64,000 bases of DNA. Source: a virus. Below, in pieces: positions 9,824 to 19,272 of the stretch. Made by a program: the position numbers and the translations under genes. Positions within the stretch are counted from its first letter, which is position 1; each line of letters opens with the position of its first letter. The DNA is taken from positions 90,778-154,777 of IMG/VR virus record IMGVR_UViG_3300023174_003623; one strand, 5' to 3'. The notes beneath the pieces are model-generated. The model searched no databases, was not told the origin of the DNA, and saw nothing but the letters and a program-made list of their open reading frames with translations.

Positions 9824-11268
9824 TGGATGTAAGAATTACTAAAATTAATGAAATCTATAATAAGATTGACTGTGAACCGGGAATAGCAAAAGAGATAGAC
9901 TCTTTTTTTTCCTTTAAAGTTCCTAACTATCAGTTTATGCCTTTGTATAAAACTGGTAGTTGGGATGGTTCTGTTCATTTATTTTCTATACAAAACCGTC
10001 TTTTATATGCTGGTTTAACTCAGTACTTAGATAAGTTTTGTGAAGAAAGAGAATACACTATAGAATATAAATCAGATTTTAGTGACGATTCTTTATCTGA
10101 TGAAGAAGTTAAAAGCTTCATTTCTTCATTAGGGCTACCATTTTCTCCAAGAGATTATCAAATAGATGCGTTTATTCATGCAATATGTAAACGCAGATCT
10201 CTTCTTATATCTCCAACTGCCTCTGGTAAATCTTTGATCATTTATTTGATCACACGATATCTCAACTCACGCACTCTTCTTATTGTCCCTACTACTTCCC
10301 TTGTGCATCAAATGTATTCTGATTTTGAATCTTATGGTTTTGACTCAAAGAAGAACTGCCATAAAATTTATTCAGGCGAAGATAAACATGAAGATAAAAT
10401 GGTAACAATTACAACATGGCAATCTATTTACAAGATGCCCAAAGCATGGTTTAAAAAATTTGATGTTGTAATTGGAGATGAAGCTCATTTGTTTAAAGCC
10501 AAATCACTTACAACCATAATGACAAATTTACTGAACAGCAAATATAGATTTGGCTTTACGGGAACTTTAGATGGCACTCAGACTCATAAGTTAATGCTTG
10601 AAGGATTATTTGGTCCCGTCAAAAAAGTAACCACTACTCATGAGTTGATCGAACAAAAACACCTTTCAAATTTTAAAATCAAGTGTATTCTTTTACAGCA
10701 TACAGATGAACATCGTAAACTTCTGGTAAAGAAAAAATATGCTGAAGAAATGGATTTTATTGTTGGGTTAGAAAAACGAAATAAATTTATACAGGATTTA
10801 GTGCTTTCTCAGAAAGGAAATACATTATTGCTGTTTCAATATGTTGAAAAACATGGAAAAATACTGTATAATAGTATCAAACAGGCAATCTCTAAAGAGA
10901 GATCTATTTACTTTGTTCACGGTGGAGTTGAAGGAGAAGATCGAGAGAATATAAGAAAATTGGTGGAGATGGATAATGATGCGATTATTATTGCTTCTTA
11001 TGGAACATTTAGTACTGGCATCAACATAAAAAATCTTCACAACATTATATTTGCTTCTCCGTCAAAGTCAAGGATTAGAAATCTACAATCAATTGGTCGT
11101 GGGCTTCGATTAGGAGAGAACAAAGAAAGCTGTACATTGTTTGATATTGCAGATGACCTTTCATGGAAATCAAAAAGAAATCATACATTACTGCATTTTA
11201 TCGAGCGAATTAAAACTTACAACGAAGAGAAGTTTGACGTAAAAATTTTCTCAAAGAGACTGATATGA
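9820..11268 (+). CDS. uvsW: SF2 DNA helicase
   Basis: SPTASGKS, DEAH, GFTGT, LQSIGRGLR. Confidence 0.97.
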   Translation: MMDVRITKINEIYNKIDCEPGIAKEIDSFFSFKVPNYQFMPLYKTGSWDGSVHLFSIQNRLLYAGLTQYLDKFCEEREYTIEYKSDFSDDSLSDEEVKSFISSLGLPFSPRDYQIDAFIHAICKRRSLLISPTASGKSLIIYLITRYLNSRTLLIVPTTSLVHQMYSDFESYGFDSKKNCHKIYSGEDKHEDKMVTITTWQSIYKMPKAWFKKFDVVIGDEAHLFKAKSLTTIMTNLLNSKYRFGFTGTLDGTQTHKLMLEGLFGPVKKVTTTHELIEQKHLSNFKIKCILLQHTDEHRKLLVKKKYAEEMDFIVGLEKRNKFIQDLVLSQKGNTLLLFQYVEKHGKILYNSIKQAISKERSIYFVHGGVEGEDRENIRKLVEMDNDAIIIASYGTFSTGINIKNLHNIIFASPSKSRIRNLQSIGRGLRLGENKESCTLFDIADDLSWKSKRNHTLLHFIERIKTYNEEKFDVKIFSKRLI

Positions 11269-11699
11269 GTACATATACAATAATTAAATTAAACACAGGT
11301 CAAGATATTATTTGTTCACTTACTAAGGAACACTTATCTTCTTCTTTCATGTTAGAAGTAGAGAATCCTATGTTAATTCATCATAGCGTGAATGCTGATG
11401 GTTCAATAATAATTCTTCTTAAAAGATTTAACCCATTAGCTTTATCTACTAAGATGACAATAGAGCGGGCGCATATTATTGCAACGTATGCGCCACAAAA
11501 ACAATTTGCAAATTATTATTGTGCAATTCTAGCTTTTCATGAAAAAGTTTTGGATGAAATGGCAATAAGAGATATTGATATAGCCACATCATTTATTGAT
11601 GCAGCAATTATGAATGAAAAATTTGAAGAGACCTTTAAAGATATAAAGGAAAAGAAGAATGCACATGTAACAAAAAAGACTGATAAAAAGGTACATTAA
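11265..11699 (+). CDS. Conserved T4-like hypothetical protein (possible Sm-like fold)
   Basis: IIKLNTGQDIIC...VENPM motif, position between uvsW and gp55. Confidence 0.55.
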   Translation: MSTYTIIKLNTGQDIICSLTKEHLSSSFMLEVENPMLIHHSVNADGSIIILLKRFNPLALSTKMTIERAHIIATYAPQKQFANYYCAILAFHEKVLDEMAIRDIDIATSFIDAAIMNEKFEETFKDIKEKKNAHVTKKTDKKVH

Positions 11700-12283
11700 T
11701 GAATATTGAAACCTCACATTATGTAAATAATAAAAAGTTACTAGAAGAACTTATTATACATCATAATCTAGTAAAAGAATCGAAAGTTAATGGTGCGAAA
11801 AAACCTCGCATTTCTAATTATGTAGGTGAGTGTATTATGTTGATTGCCAAAAAATTGTGCAATCGACCAAATTTCATGAACTATCCTTTTAAAGAAGAAA
11901 TGATTGGTGATGGTATTGAAAATTGCTTGATGTATATTGATAATTTTGATCCGGCAAAATCTAGTAATCCTTTTGCTTATATTACACAAATTATTTACTT
12001 TGCATTTGTTCGTCGTATAACAAAAGAAAAGCGTCATTTATATACAAAACATAAATTAATACAAAATTATGTAATTCATGGTGGTAACTATGATCAAAAT
12101 GAATGGGATGAAATAGTTCAACAAACTTATGTTGAGAATGAGAATGCGGGCGATTTTATCAAAGCATTTGAAGAAGGTTTAGTCCGTAAGAAAAAAGAAA
12201 AAAAGAAAATAGGAATTGAAAAATTTATTGAAGAAGATATTGAAGAATTAGAATCTGAAATTGTAGTGAAGGATGGATTATGA
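11699..12283 (+). CDS. gp55: Late sigma factor
   Basis: HYVNNK, RPNFMNY, EMIGDGIENC, NPFAYITQIIYFAFVRRI. Confidence 0.96.
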   Translation: MNIETSHYVNNKKLLEELIIHHNLVKESKVNGAKKPRISNYVGECIMLIAKKLCNRPNFMNYPFKEEMIGDGIENCLMYIDNFDPAKSSNPFAYITQIIYFAFVRRITKEKRHLYTKHKLIQNYVIHGGNYDQNEWDEIVQQTYVENENAGDFIKAFEEGLVRKKKEKKKIGIEKFIEEDIEELESEIVVKDGL

Positions 12284-13344
12284 CTCAAGTTGCTCTTATA
12301 ACAGATACTCATTGGGGTTGTAGGAATGACAGTCCAATCTTTGCACAACATATTTTTAGGTTTTACAGCGAAGTATTTTTCCCTTATCTTAAGCAGCATG
12401 GAATTAATTTTATCATTCATCTTGGCGATATTGTAGATCGAAGAAAGTATATCAACTTTGTTACGGCTAAGAATCTTAAAGATGATTTTATCGACCCAAT
12501 AAAGAATAACAAGTTATTCCTTCATGCGATTATAGGCAATCACGATACATTTTTTAAGAACACTAATGAAGTAAACTCGATGGATGTTTTATATGGAGAC
12601 AGTTCTCCATTTCGATATTATTCATCCCCTCAAGAAATTAATATTGATGGCTGTAAAATATTATTGATGCCTTGGATTTGCACTGATAATCATGATGAGT
12701 GTATGGAAGCTATTGAAAATACAGATGCTCAAATATTGTTTGGTCATCTTGAACTCAGTGGGTTTGAGATGTATAAAGGACATGCTAACGATCATGGATT
12801 TGAGTCGAAGATTTTTGATAAGTTTGATTTAGTATGTTCCGGTCATTTTCATCATAAATCAACGAGAGGCAATATCAATTATCTTGGTGCCCCTTATGAA
12901 ATGACTTGGAGTGATTATGATGATCCCCGTGGCTTTCATGTGTTTGATACTGCAACAAGAGAATTGACTTTTATAGAAAATCCAAATAAGATATATCATA
13001 AAATAATCTATGATGATACTGATAAAACTATTGAATATGTTACTTCTCAAGACTTTTCAGAGTATAAGGGTTGCATAATAAAAGTTATCATTAAGCAGAA
13101 GACCAACCCACATCTGTTTGATTTGTTTATTGATGCACTTGAGAAAGCTGGAGTTGCAGACCTTCAAGCAGTTGAAGATCATCTGAATCTAGACCTTACG
13201 ATGGATGAAGAAATCCTTGAAGAAGCAGAAGATACTTTGTCGATATTGAATAAGTTTATTGAACAAATTGCAGACAAAAACAATCACAATAATCTTTCTC
13301 GTTTAATCAAAGAGTTATATGATGAAGCTCTAGCGGTGGAATAA
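12280..13344 (+). CDS. gp47: Recombination endonuclease, Mre11-like subunit
   Basis: DTHWG, HLGDIVD, GNHD, SGHFH phosphoesterase motifs. Confidence 0.96.
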   Translation: MTQVALITDTHWGCRNDSPIFAQHIFRFYSEVFFPYLKQHGINFIIHLGDIVDRRKYINFVTAKNLKDDFIDPIKNNKLFLHAIIGNHDTFFKNTNEVNSMDVLYGDSSPFRYYSSPQEINIDGCKILLMPWICTDNHDECMEAIENTDAQILFGHLELSGFEMYKGHANDHGFESKIFDKFDLVCSGHFHHKSTRGNINYLGAPYEMTWSDYDDPRGFHVFDTATRELTFIENPNKIYHKIIYDDTDKTIEYVTSQDFSEYKGCIIKVIIKQKTNPHLFDLFIDALEKAGVADLQAVEDHLNLDLTMDEEILEEAEDTLSILNKFIEQIADKNNHNNLSRLIKELYDEALAVE

Positions 13345-13349
13345 TTTAT

Positions 13350-15065
13350 ATGATTAATTTTAAATTTCTACGATGGAAAAACCTGTTATCTACAGGTAAT
13401 AATTTTACAGAAATAAATTTGAGTAAATCTAAAACCACTTTGATTGTGGGTGAGAACGGTGCGGGTAAGTCTACTATTCTTGATGCGCTATCGTTTAGTT
13501 TGTATGGTAAACCTTTTCGTAAAATTAACAAATACCAACTGGCTAACACCATCAACAATAAAAATGTGGTTGCAGAAGTAGAGTTTGATATTGGTCGTCA
13601 CTCGTATAAAGTTGTACGAGGAATGAAGCCCAATATATTTGAAATTTATCAAAACGGAACTCTACTTAATCAAAACGCTGAGATGAAGGAGTACCAAGAG
13701 ATATTTGAGAAGCAGATTTTGAAGATGAATCATAAATCTTTTTCTCAGGTGGTCATTCTTGGATCAGCATCTTTTACTCCATTTATGCAATTACCTGCTG
13801 CTCATCGTCGTGAAGTAATTGAAGATCTACTTGACATTCAGATTTTTTCGACAATGAACTCTTTGCTTAAAACAAAGATGCAGCAGAATAAAGAAGATTT
13901 AGCGAAATCTGAAATGATGATTCAGTTAGCCAATCAGAAGATAACCTTACACAGACAAAACATTGAAACTCTTAAACAAAATAATGATGAGTTAATTGAA
14001 GGATATCATCGTAAAATTGATACTAATAGAATGGCAATTGAAGAATATTCTTTATTAGTTCAAAAGCTAGTGGCAGAGACTGAAGACTTGAAGACAAAGA
14101 TTACTGACCAATCTAAGGTACACAATAAGTCTAAGAAATTAGATACTATAGAATTTCAAATAAAAGAAAAACGAAAGTCTATTGAAAAGGAAATATCTTT
14201 TTTTCATGACAACGACAACTGCCCAACTTGTAAACAAGAGTTACAAGTTGAACATAAGAATGAAAGACTAACTGAGCGGTCTAGTCAATTAAAATCTCTT
14301 GAAGAAGCTTTTGAACGGTTCAAACAAGAACGGGCTGATTGTAATGTTAGGCTTGAAGAGATTATAGCAATTACCGCTGAGATTTCTAAAAAGAATAATA
14401 AGATTTCTGAAATTAAACATAGCATCAATATCTGTAATGCTACGATTAATTCACTAGAAAATAATATTAAATCTATTGAATCTCAATCTAAGAAAATTGG
14501 AGAAGATAGCAGCAAGTTAGAAGAAATTCAAAACGAACTTTCGCTTTCTATTCAAGAAAAAAACAAATATGCAGAATTAAAGTCATTACACGACATTGCA
14601 GCAAATCTCCTTAAAGATACAGGAATAAAAACTAAAATCATTAAACAATATATTCCTGTGATGAATAAGTTGATTAACAAGTATTTGGCGGCAATGGATT
14701 TTTTTGTAGAATTTGAGTTGAATGAAAATTTTGAAGAAAAGATTAAATCGAGGTATCGAGATGAATTTAGCTATGACTCTTTTTCAGAAGGTGAAAAACT
14801 TCGTATTGACTTGGCTTTATTGTTTACTTGGAGAGCCATTTCTAAATTACGCAACAGTGCTAGCACTAATCTTCTCATCATGGACGAGATATTTGATTCT
14901 TCCTTAGATAATGCAGGTACAGAAGAGTTTCTAAAAATTCTAGAAACCTTGACAACAGACACAAATGTGTTTATAATAAGTCATAAAATAGATAATCTTT
15001 ATGACAAATTTCACTCTGTGATTCGGTTTGAAAAACATAAAAACTTTAGTAGAATAGCGGCTTAA
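13350..15065 (+). CDS. gp46: Recombination ATPase, Rad50-like subunit
   Basis: GENGAGKS, CPTC zinc hook, FSEGEK signature, DEIFDSSLD. Confidence 0.97.
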   Translation: MINFKFLRWKNLLSTGNNFTEINLSKSKTTLIVGENGAGKSTILDALSFSLYGKPFRKINKYQLANTINNKNVVAEVEFDIGRHSYKVVRGMKPNIFEIYQNGTLLNQNAEMKEYQEIFEKQILKMNHKSFSQVVILGSASFTPFMQLPAAHRREVIEDLLDIQIFSTMNSLLKTKMQQNKEDLAKSEMMIQLANQKITLHRQNIETLKQNNDELIEGYHRKIDTNRMAIEEYSLLVQKLVAETEDLKTKITDQSKVHNKSKKLDTIEFQIKEKRKSIEKEISFFHDNDNCPTCKQELQVEHKNERLTERSSQLKSLEEAFERFKQERADCNVRLEEIIAITAEISKKNNKISEIKHSINICNATINSLENNIKSIESQSKKIGEDSSKLEEIQNELSLSIQEKNKYAELKSLHDIAANLLKDTGIKTKIIKQYIPVMNKLINKYLAAMDFFVEFELNENFEEKIKSRYRDEFSYDSFSEGEKLRIDLALLFTWRAISKLRNSASTNLLIMDEIFDSSLDNAGTEEFLKILETLTTDTNVFIISHKIDNLYDKFHSVIRFEKHKNFSRIAA

Positions 15066-15067
15066 TT

Positions 15068-15604
15068 ATGACAGAAGAAATTAAATACGAAATATTACCA
15101 TTAGTTCCTAATACAGACCCTATTCTGTTTAGGCCAATCGAACGGTTTAATTTTGAAAACCCACCAGTAGATCCAATTTATCTAGCAAATTGTTTGATTG
15201 CTACAATGAATCATAATTCCGGTATGGGGTTATCAGCAAACCAATGTGGACTTCCTTTTAGGGTATTTGTAATGCGAGCAGAAGAAGCTATTGTGTGTTA
15301 TAATCCACGCATTATTGAAGTTGCTCCAGAGCAAGTTAATTTAGATGAAGGCTGTCTTTCATATCCTTTTCTATATGTTAAAATTAAACGCCCCATGTAT
15401 GTTAGGGCACGTTTTACTAATGCATTTGGTGAAACGTTTACAAAACAATTTGTGGGTATGAGTGCTCGTTGTTTTCTGCATGAAATGGATCATCTTGAAG
15501 GAATTAATTTTACTCAGAGAGCTAATAAAGCATTGTTAGACCGAGCAAAACGTCAATCTATTAAAGTACAAAAAAGACAGAAACCTGCTAAGTTGGCACT
15601 ATGA
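15068..15604 (+). CDS. def: Peptide deformylase
   Basis: GMGLSANQ, EGCLS, HEMDHLEG motifs. Confidence 0.95.
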   Translation: MTEEIKYEILPLVPNTDPILFRPIERFNFENPPVDPIYLANCLIATMNHNSGMGLSANQCGLPFRVFVMRAEEAIVCYNPRIIEVAPEQVNLDEGCLSYPFLYVKIKRPMYVRARFTNAFGETFTKQFVGMSARCFLHEMDHLEGINFTQRANKALLDRAKRQSIKVQKRQKPAKLAL

Positions 15605-15939
15605 AATTATTTAATTTAATTCAAGATGATATAATCCTTGCTGAAGGAGTAACCTTTACTGATGGTCGTTGTGCTTTAAATTGGTTAAACACAAATTATA
15701 AGAAAATTACTGGTATGGCTTTTTTTGATTGCGAAGAACATATTATAGAAATACATGGGCACAATCGAAAAATAAAAATCAAATATCTTGATGAAGATAC
15801 GCCGGTAAGTCCTACATCAGAATACGATGCTGATGAAAATGGATATGTGGTAAAACATATTAGATGCTTAACAAGTGACCCAGATAAGATGTGCGATTCT
15901 TGCACATGTTGGAAGTCAACAAGAAAATATTGCTCATAA
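15601..15939 (+). CDS. Hypothetical protein with Cys-rich C-terminus
   Basis: Translationally coupled ORF. Confidence 0.6.
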   Translation: MKLFNLIQDDIILAEGVTFTDGRCALNWLNTNYKKITGMAFFDCEEHIIEIHGHNRKIKIKYLDEDTPVSPTSEYDADENGYVVKHIRCLTSDPDKMCDSCTCWKSTRKYCS

Positions 15940-15942
15940 ATT

Positions 15943-16404
15943 ATGAATTCTTGGGATAAAAAATATTGTGAATTGGCTCAACATATTTCTACTTGGTCAA
16001 AAGACCCATCTACTCAAGTAGGTGCTATTACTGTAGGAAAGATGGGGCAAATTCTTTCGCAAGGTTATAACGGCTTTCCTCGTGGGATTGAGGATACACG
16101 AGTACGTCTTTATAATCGTGAAGAAAAATATAAATACGTTGTTCATGCAGAAATGAACTGTATTTACAATGCATGTTTGAATGGTGTTTCATTGCATGAT
16201 TCTACCCTTTATGTCTATGGCTTGCCAGTTTGCTCAGAATGTGCTAAAGGCGTAATCCAAGTTGGTATCAAACGTGTTGTAGTATATACACCAAATATGC
16301 ATAAAGAAGATTTTTCAGATAAGTGGAAAGCATCTGGAGAATGGGCTGAAGAACTATTTAATGAAACTAATGTGGAGTTTTGCTGGTATGTCAATTCCTT
16401 ATAA
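15943..16404 (+). CDS. cd: dCMP deaminase
   Basis: SKDPSTQVGA, GYNG, HAEMN, PVCSEC. Confidence 0.93.
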   Translation: MNSWDKKYCELAQHISTWSKDPSTQVGAITVGKMGQILSQGYNGFPRGIEDTRVRLYNREEKYKYVVHAEMNCIYNACLNGVSLHDSTLYVYGLPVCSECAKGVIQVGIKRVVVYTPNMHKEDFSDKWKASGEWAEELFNETNVEFCWYVNSL

Positions 16405-16741
16405 ATATAATGAAGATGAAGCACTACAAGAAATTAAAAAATATGTAGATGCAACGTATAATGAACATTACAGTGGTAAGTATCAAGCCACTGATATGAT
16501 TATTGATGCTGGTCATGGTACTGGGTTTTGCATTGGTAATATTATGAAATATGCCAAGCGATATGGTAAAAAAGGTGGCTATAATAGAAAAGATATAATG
16601 AAGATTATTCATTATGCAATTATTGAATTGTATGTCCAAGACTTACAACAAAAATTGGATAAAGAAAATCAACTAAATATAGTAGTTGATGATGATAAAC
16701 CTTTACATATATCACCAAGTCATTATTATAGTGTGCCTTAA
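16388..16741 (+). CDS. DUF3310-like protein
   Basis: HYS...GFCIGNIMKYAKRYGKK...DIMKIIHY. Confidence 0.75.
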   Translation: MSIPYKYNEDEALQEIKKYVDATYNEHYSGKYQATDMIIDAGHGTGFCIGNIMKYAKRYGKKGGYNRKDIMKIIHYAIIELYVQDLQQKLDKENQLNIVVDDDKPLHISPSHYYSVP

Positions 16742-16764
16742 AATTATTAAAAGTGGAGTAAATT

Positions 16765-17622
16765 ATGTCTAATTTTCAAGTTAAGGTTCCTGTTGAAACA
16801 TTAAGAACACGCAAGCTATTCCTTGCTGTGCCTATGTATGGTGGGCAATGCAGTGGAATGTTTGCGCGGTCAGTTGCAGATTTGTCTGCAATGTGTACTC
16901 AATATGGAATTCCCCTTCAGCTTTATTTTCTATTCAATGAATCGCTAATTACTCGCGCACGCAATTATTGTGCAGATGAATTTATGCGTTCTGGTGCAAC
17001 CCATCTAATGTTCATTGATAGTGACATTGGGTTTAATCCAAATGACGTTATTGCACTTCTTGCTATTCAAGATGATGCAAGTCCATATGACGTTATTGGT
17101 GGCCCTTATCCTAAGAAGTGTATCTCTTGGGAAAAGATTAAACTTGCAGTAGATAAGGGTGTAGCGGATGATAATCCAAACAACCTTGAGAAGTTTGTCG
17201 GTGATTATGTATTCAATCCTAAGTCTGGTCAGGCTCAGATTCCGATTGGCGAACCAGTTGAAGTATCTGAAATTGGTACTGGATTTATGATGATTCGTCG
17301 TCGTACTTTTGAGAAGTATGCGGAAGCTTTCCCCGAGCTTTCTTATAAGCCAGACCATGTTCGTACCGAGCATTTCGATGGTAGCCGTGAGATTATGGCT
17401 TACTTCGATTGTATCATTGACCCAGTATCAAAGCGGTACTTGTCAGAGGACTACATGTTCTGTTATAATGTACAGAAGATGGGCGGTCAGGTTTGGTTCT
17501 GTCCTTGGATGCAGCTACAACATGTCGGCACTTATATCTTCGGTGGCTCACTTGCAGATCTTGCATCAATTGGTGCTGCTGCTACTGCTGATGTTAATTA
17601 TTCGCATAAGAAGGGTAAATGA
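16765..17622 (+). CDS. GT-A fold glycosyltransferase-like protein
   Basis: ESLITRARN, DxD motif FIDSDI, GTGFMMI, YLSEDYMFC. Confidence 0.75.
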   Translation: MSNFQVKVPVETLRTRKLFLAVPMYGGQCSGMFARSVADLSAMCTQYGIPLQLYFLFNESLITRARNYCADEFMRSGATHLMFIDSDIGFNPNDVIALLAIQDDASPYDVIGGPYPKKCISWEKIKLAVDKGVADDNPNNLEKFVGDYVFNPKSGQAQIPIGEPVEVSEIGTGFMMIRRRTFEKYAEAFPELSYKPDHVRTEHFDGSREIMAYFDCIIDPVSKRYLSEDYMFCYNVQKMGGQVWFCPWMQLQHVGTYIFGGSLADLASIGAAATADVNYSHKKGK

Positions 17623-17633
17623 GGTAATATATT

Positions 17634-18290
17634 ATGAAATTGAGTGCTAAAACGATTCAGATTCTGAAGAACTTTAGCTCTATCAATCCCTCAATCATGT
17701 TCAAGGAGGGGAACATCTTATCAACGATGTCCCCTCTAAGGACTATTATCGCTAAAGCAACTATTGCTGAAACGATTGAACGGGATTTTGGTATCTTTGA
17801 CCTTAATCGGTTTCTTGGAATTCTCTCATTATTTAATGATCCAGACCTTATCTTTACTGATACTTTTGTAAAGATTACCGATGGACAGAAAAGCGTAAAC
17901 TTTACTTACGCCGATCCAATTACCATCACAACTCCTCCTGAAAAAGAAATCAAAATGAACATGCCCTATGTGGAATTCGATTTGACTTCTGACCTATTGC
18001 AAAACGTAATGAGAGCAGCAAGTGTTCTCCAGCTATCAGAAATTTCATTGTTTTCTGAAAATGGTAGAATGATGATGGGTGCGAAAGATTTTAAGAATCC
18101 TTCAAACAACTCATTTGAAATTGATGTAAAAGAAACGAACGATAACTTTAAAATCATTTTCCTATGTAATAATATGAAGATGATGCACAACTCCTATAAA
18201 GCTTGTGTGGCTAAGGGTATCGGTCGTTTTTCATCTGAAGATATTGAATATTTTATTGTGACTGAAAGTAAGTCTACCTATGGGGTTTAG
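17634..18290 (+). CDS. gp45: Sliding clamp
   Basis: ILKNFSSINPSI, FGIFDLNRFL. Confidence 0.93.
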   Translation: MKLSAKTIQILKNFSSINPSIMFKEGNILSTMSPLRTIIAKATIAETIERDFGIFDLNRFLGILSLFNDPDLIFTDTFVKITDGQKSVNFTYADPITITTPPEKEIKMNMPYVEFDLTSDLLQNVMRAASVLQLSEISLFSENGRMMMGAKDFKNPSNNSFEIDVKETNDNFKIIFLCNNMKMMHNSYKACVAKGIGRFSSEDIEYFIVTESKSTYGV

Positions 18291-18296
18291 TAACTT

Positions 18297-19238
18297 ATGA
18301 TTCGTGATGAATTTTTGTGGTCTCAGCAATACCGTCCTAAGACTGTATCAGAATGTATTCTTCCTATTAACCTTAAGACAACCTTTCAGGAGTTTGTCGA
18401 TAAGGGCACAATTCCTAATATGCTTCTTACTGGGCGGGCTGGAGTAGGTAAAACTACTGTGGCCCGCGCCATTCTTGATCAATTAGAATGTGATTATATG
18501 GTTATCAATGGATCGATGAACGGTAACATTGATACTCTTCGTGTTGATATAAGTCAGTTTGCTTCTTCTATGTCTTTGATGGGTGGAAGAAAATATGTTA
18601 TTCTTGATGAAGCAGACTATCTAAATCCCAATAGCACTCAGCCTGCTTTGCGAAACTTCATGGAGGAGTTTTCAAGCAACTGTGGATTTATTTTGACTTG
18701 TAATTTTAAGAACAAGATTATTGAGCCGCTGCATAGTCGTTGTACCGTAATTGATTTTAAGATTCCTAATGATGAGAAGTCTAAGTTAGCTTCTCAATTT
18801 ATGAAACGAATTGAGAAAATTCTTGAGGTAGAAAATGTACAGTTCGACCGGCCTGCTATTGCTGAGCTTATTAGTAAGCATTTCCCTGATTGGCGGCGAG
18901 TTCTAAACGAGCTTCAGCGATATTCTGCTACGGGTAAAATCGATAGTGGTATATTGGCTAATATTGGCGATGAAAGCTTTAAGACGCTTTTTGGTCATCT
19001 GAAAGCTAAATCGTTTACCAATATGCGTAAGTGGGTAGGAGAGAATAGTGACATTGAAACTTCGGCATTGTTTCGTCGAATTTATGATAGTGCAGCCCAA
19101 TACATTAAACCAGCATCTATTCCTAGTTTAGTATTGTTGTTGGGTGACTATCAATATAAAGCCGCTTTTGTATCCGATCCTGAAATCAATATTGTAGCGT
19201 GCTTGACTATGATTATGACTGAGTGTGAGTTTATATAA
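18297..19238 (+). CDS. gp44: Clamp loader large subunit
   Basis: YRPKTV, GRAGVGKTT, ILDEAD, LHSRC. Confidence 0.97.
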   Translation: MIRDEFLWSQQYRPKTVSECILPINLKTTFQEFVDKGTIPNMLLTGRAGVGKTTVARAILDQLECDYMVINGSMNGNIDTLRVDISQFASSMSLMGGRKYVILDEADYLNPNSTQPALRNFMEEFSSNCGFILTCNFKNKIIEPLHSRCTVIDFKIPNDEKSKLASQFMKRIEKILEVENVQFDRPAIAELISKHFPDWRRVLNELQRYSATGKIDSGILANIGDESFKTLFGHLKAKSFTNMRKWVGENSDIETSALFRRIYDSAAQYIKPASIPSLVLLLGDYQYKAAFVSDPEINIVACLTMIMTECEFI

Positions 19239-19272
19239 ATAGAAAAACAATATTTTTTTGGAGAAACCCCTT

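Noticed and set aside
16400-16407. TATAAATA inside coding sequence (also 21529)
   Set aside because: Expected by chance in AT-rich coding DNA; not called, although 21529 could serve regA and downstream genes.
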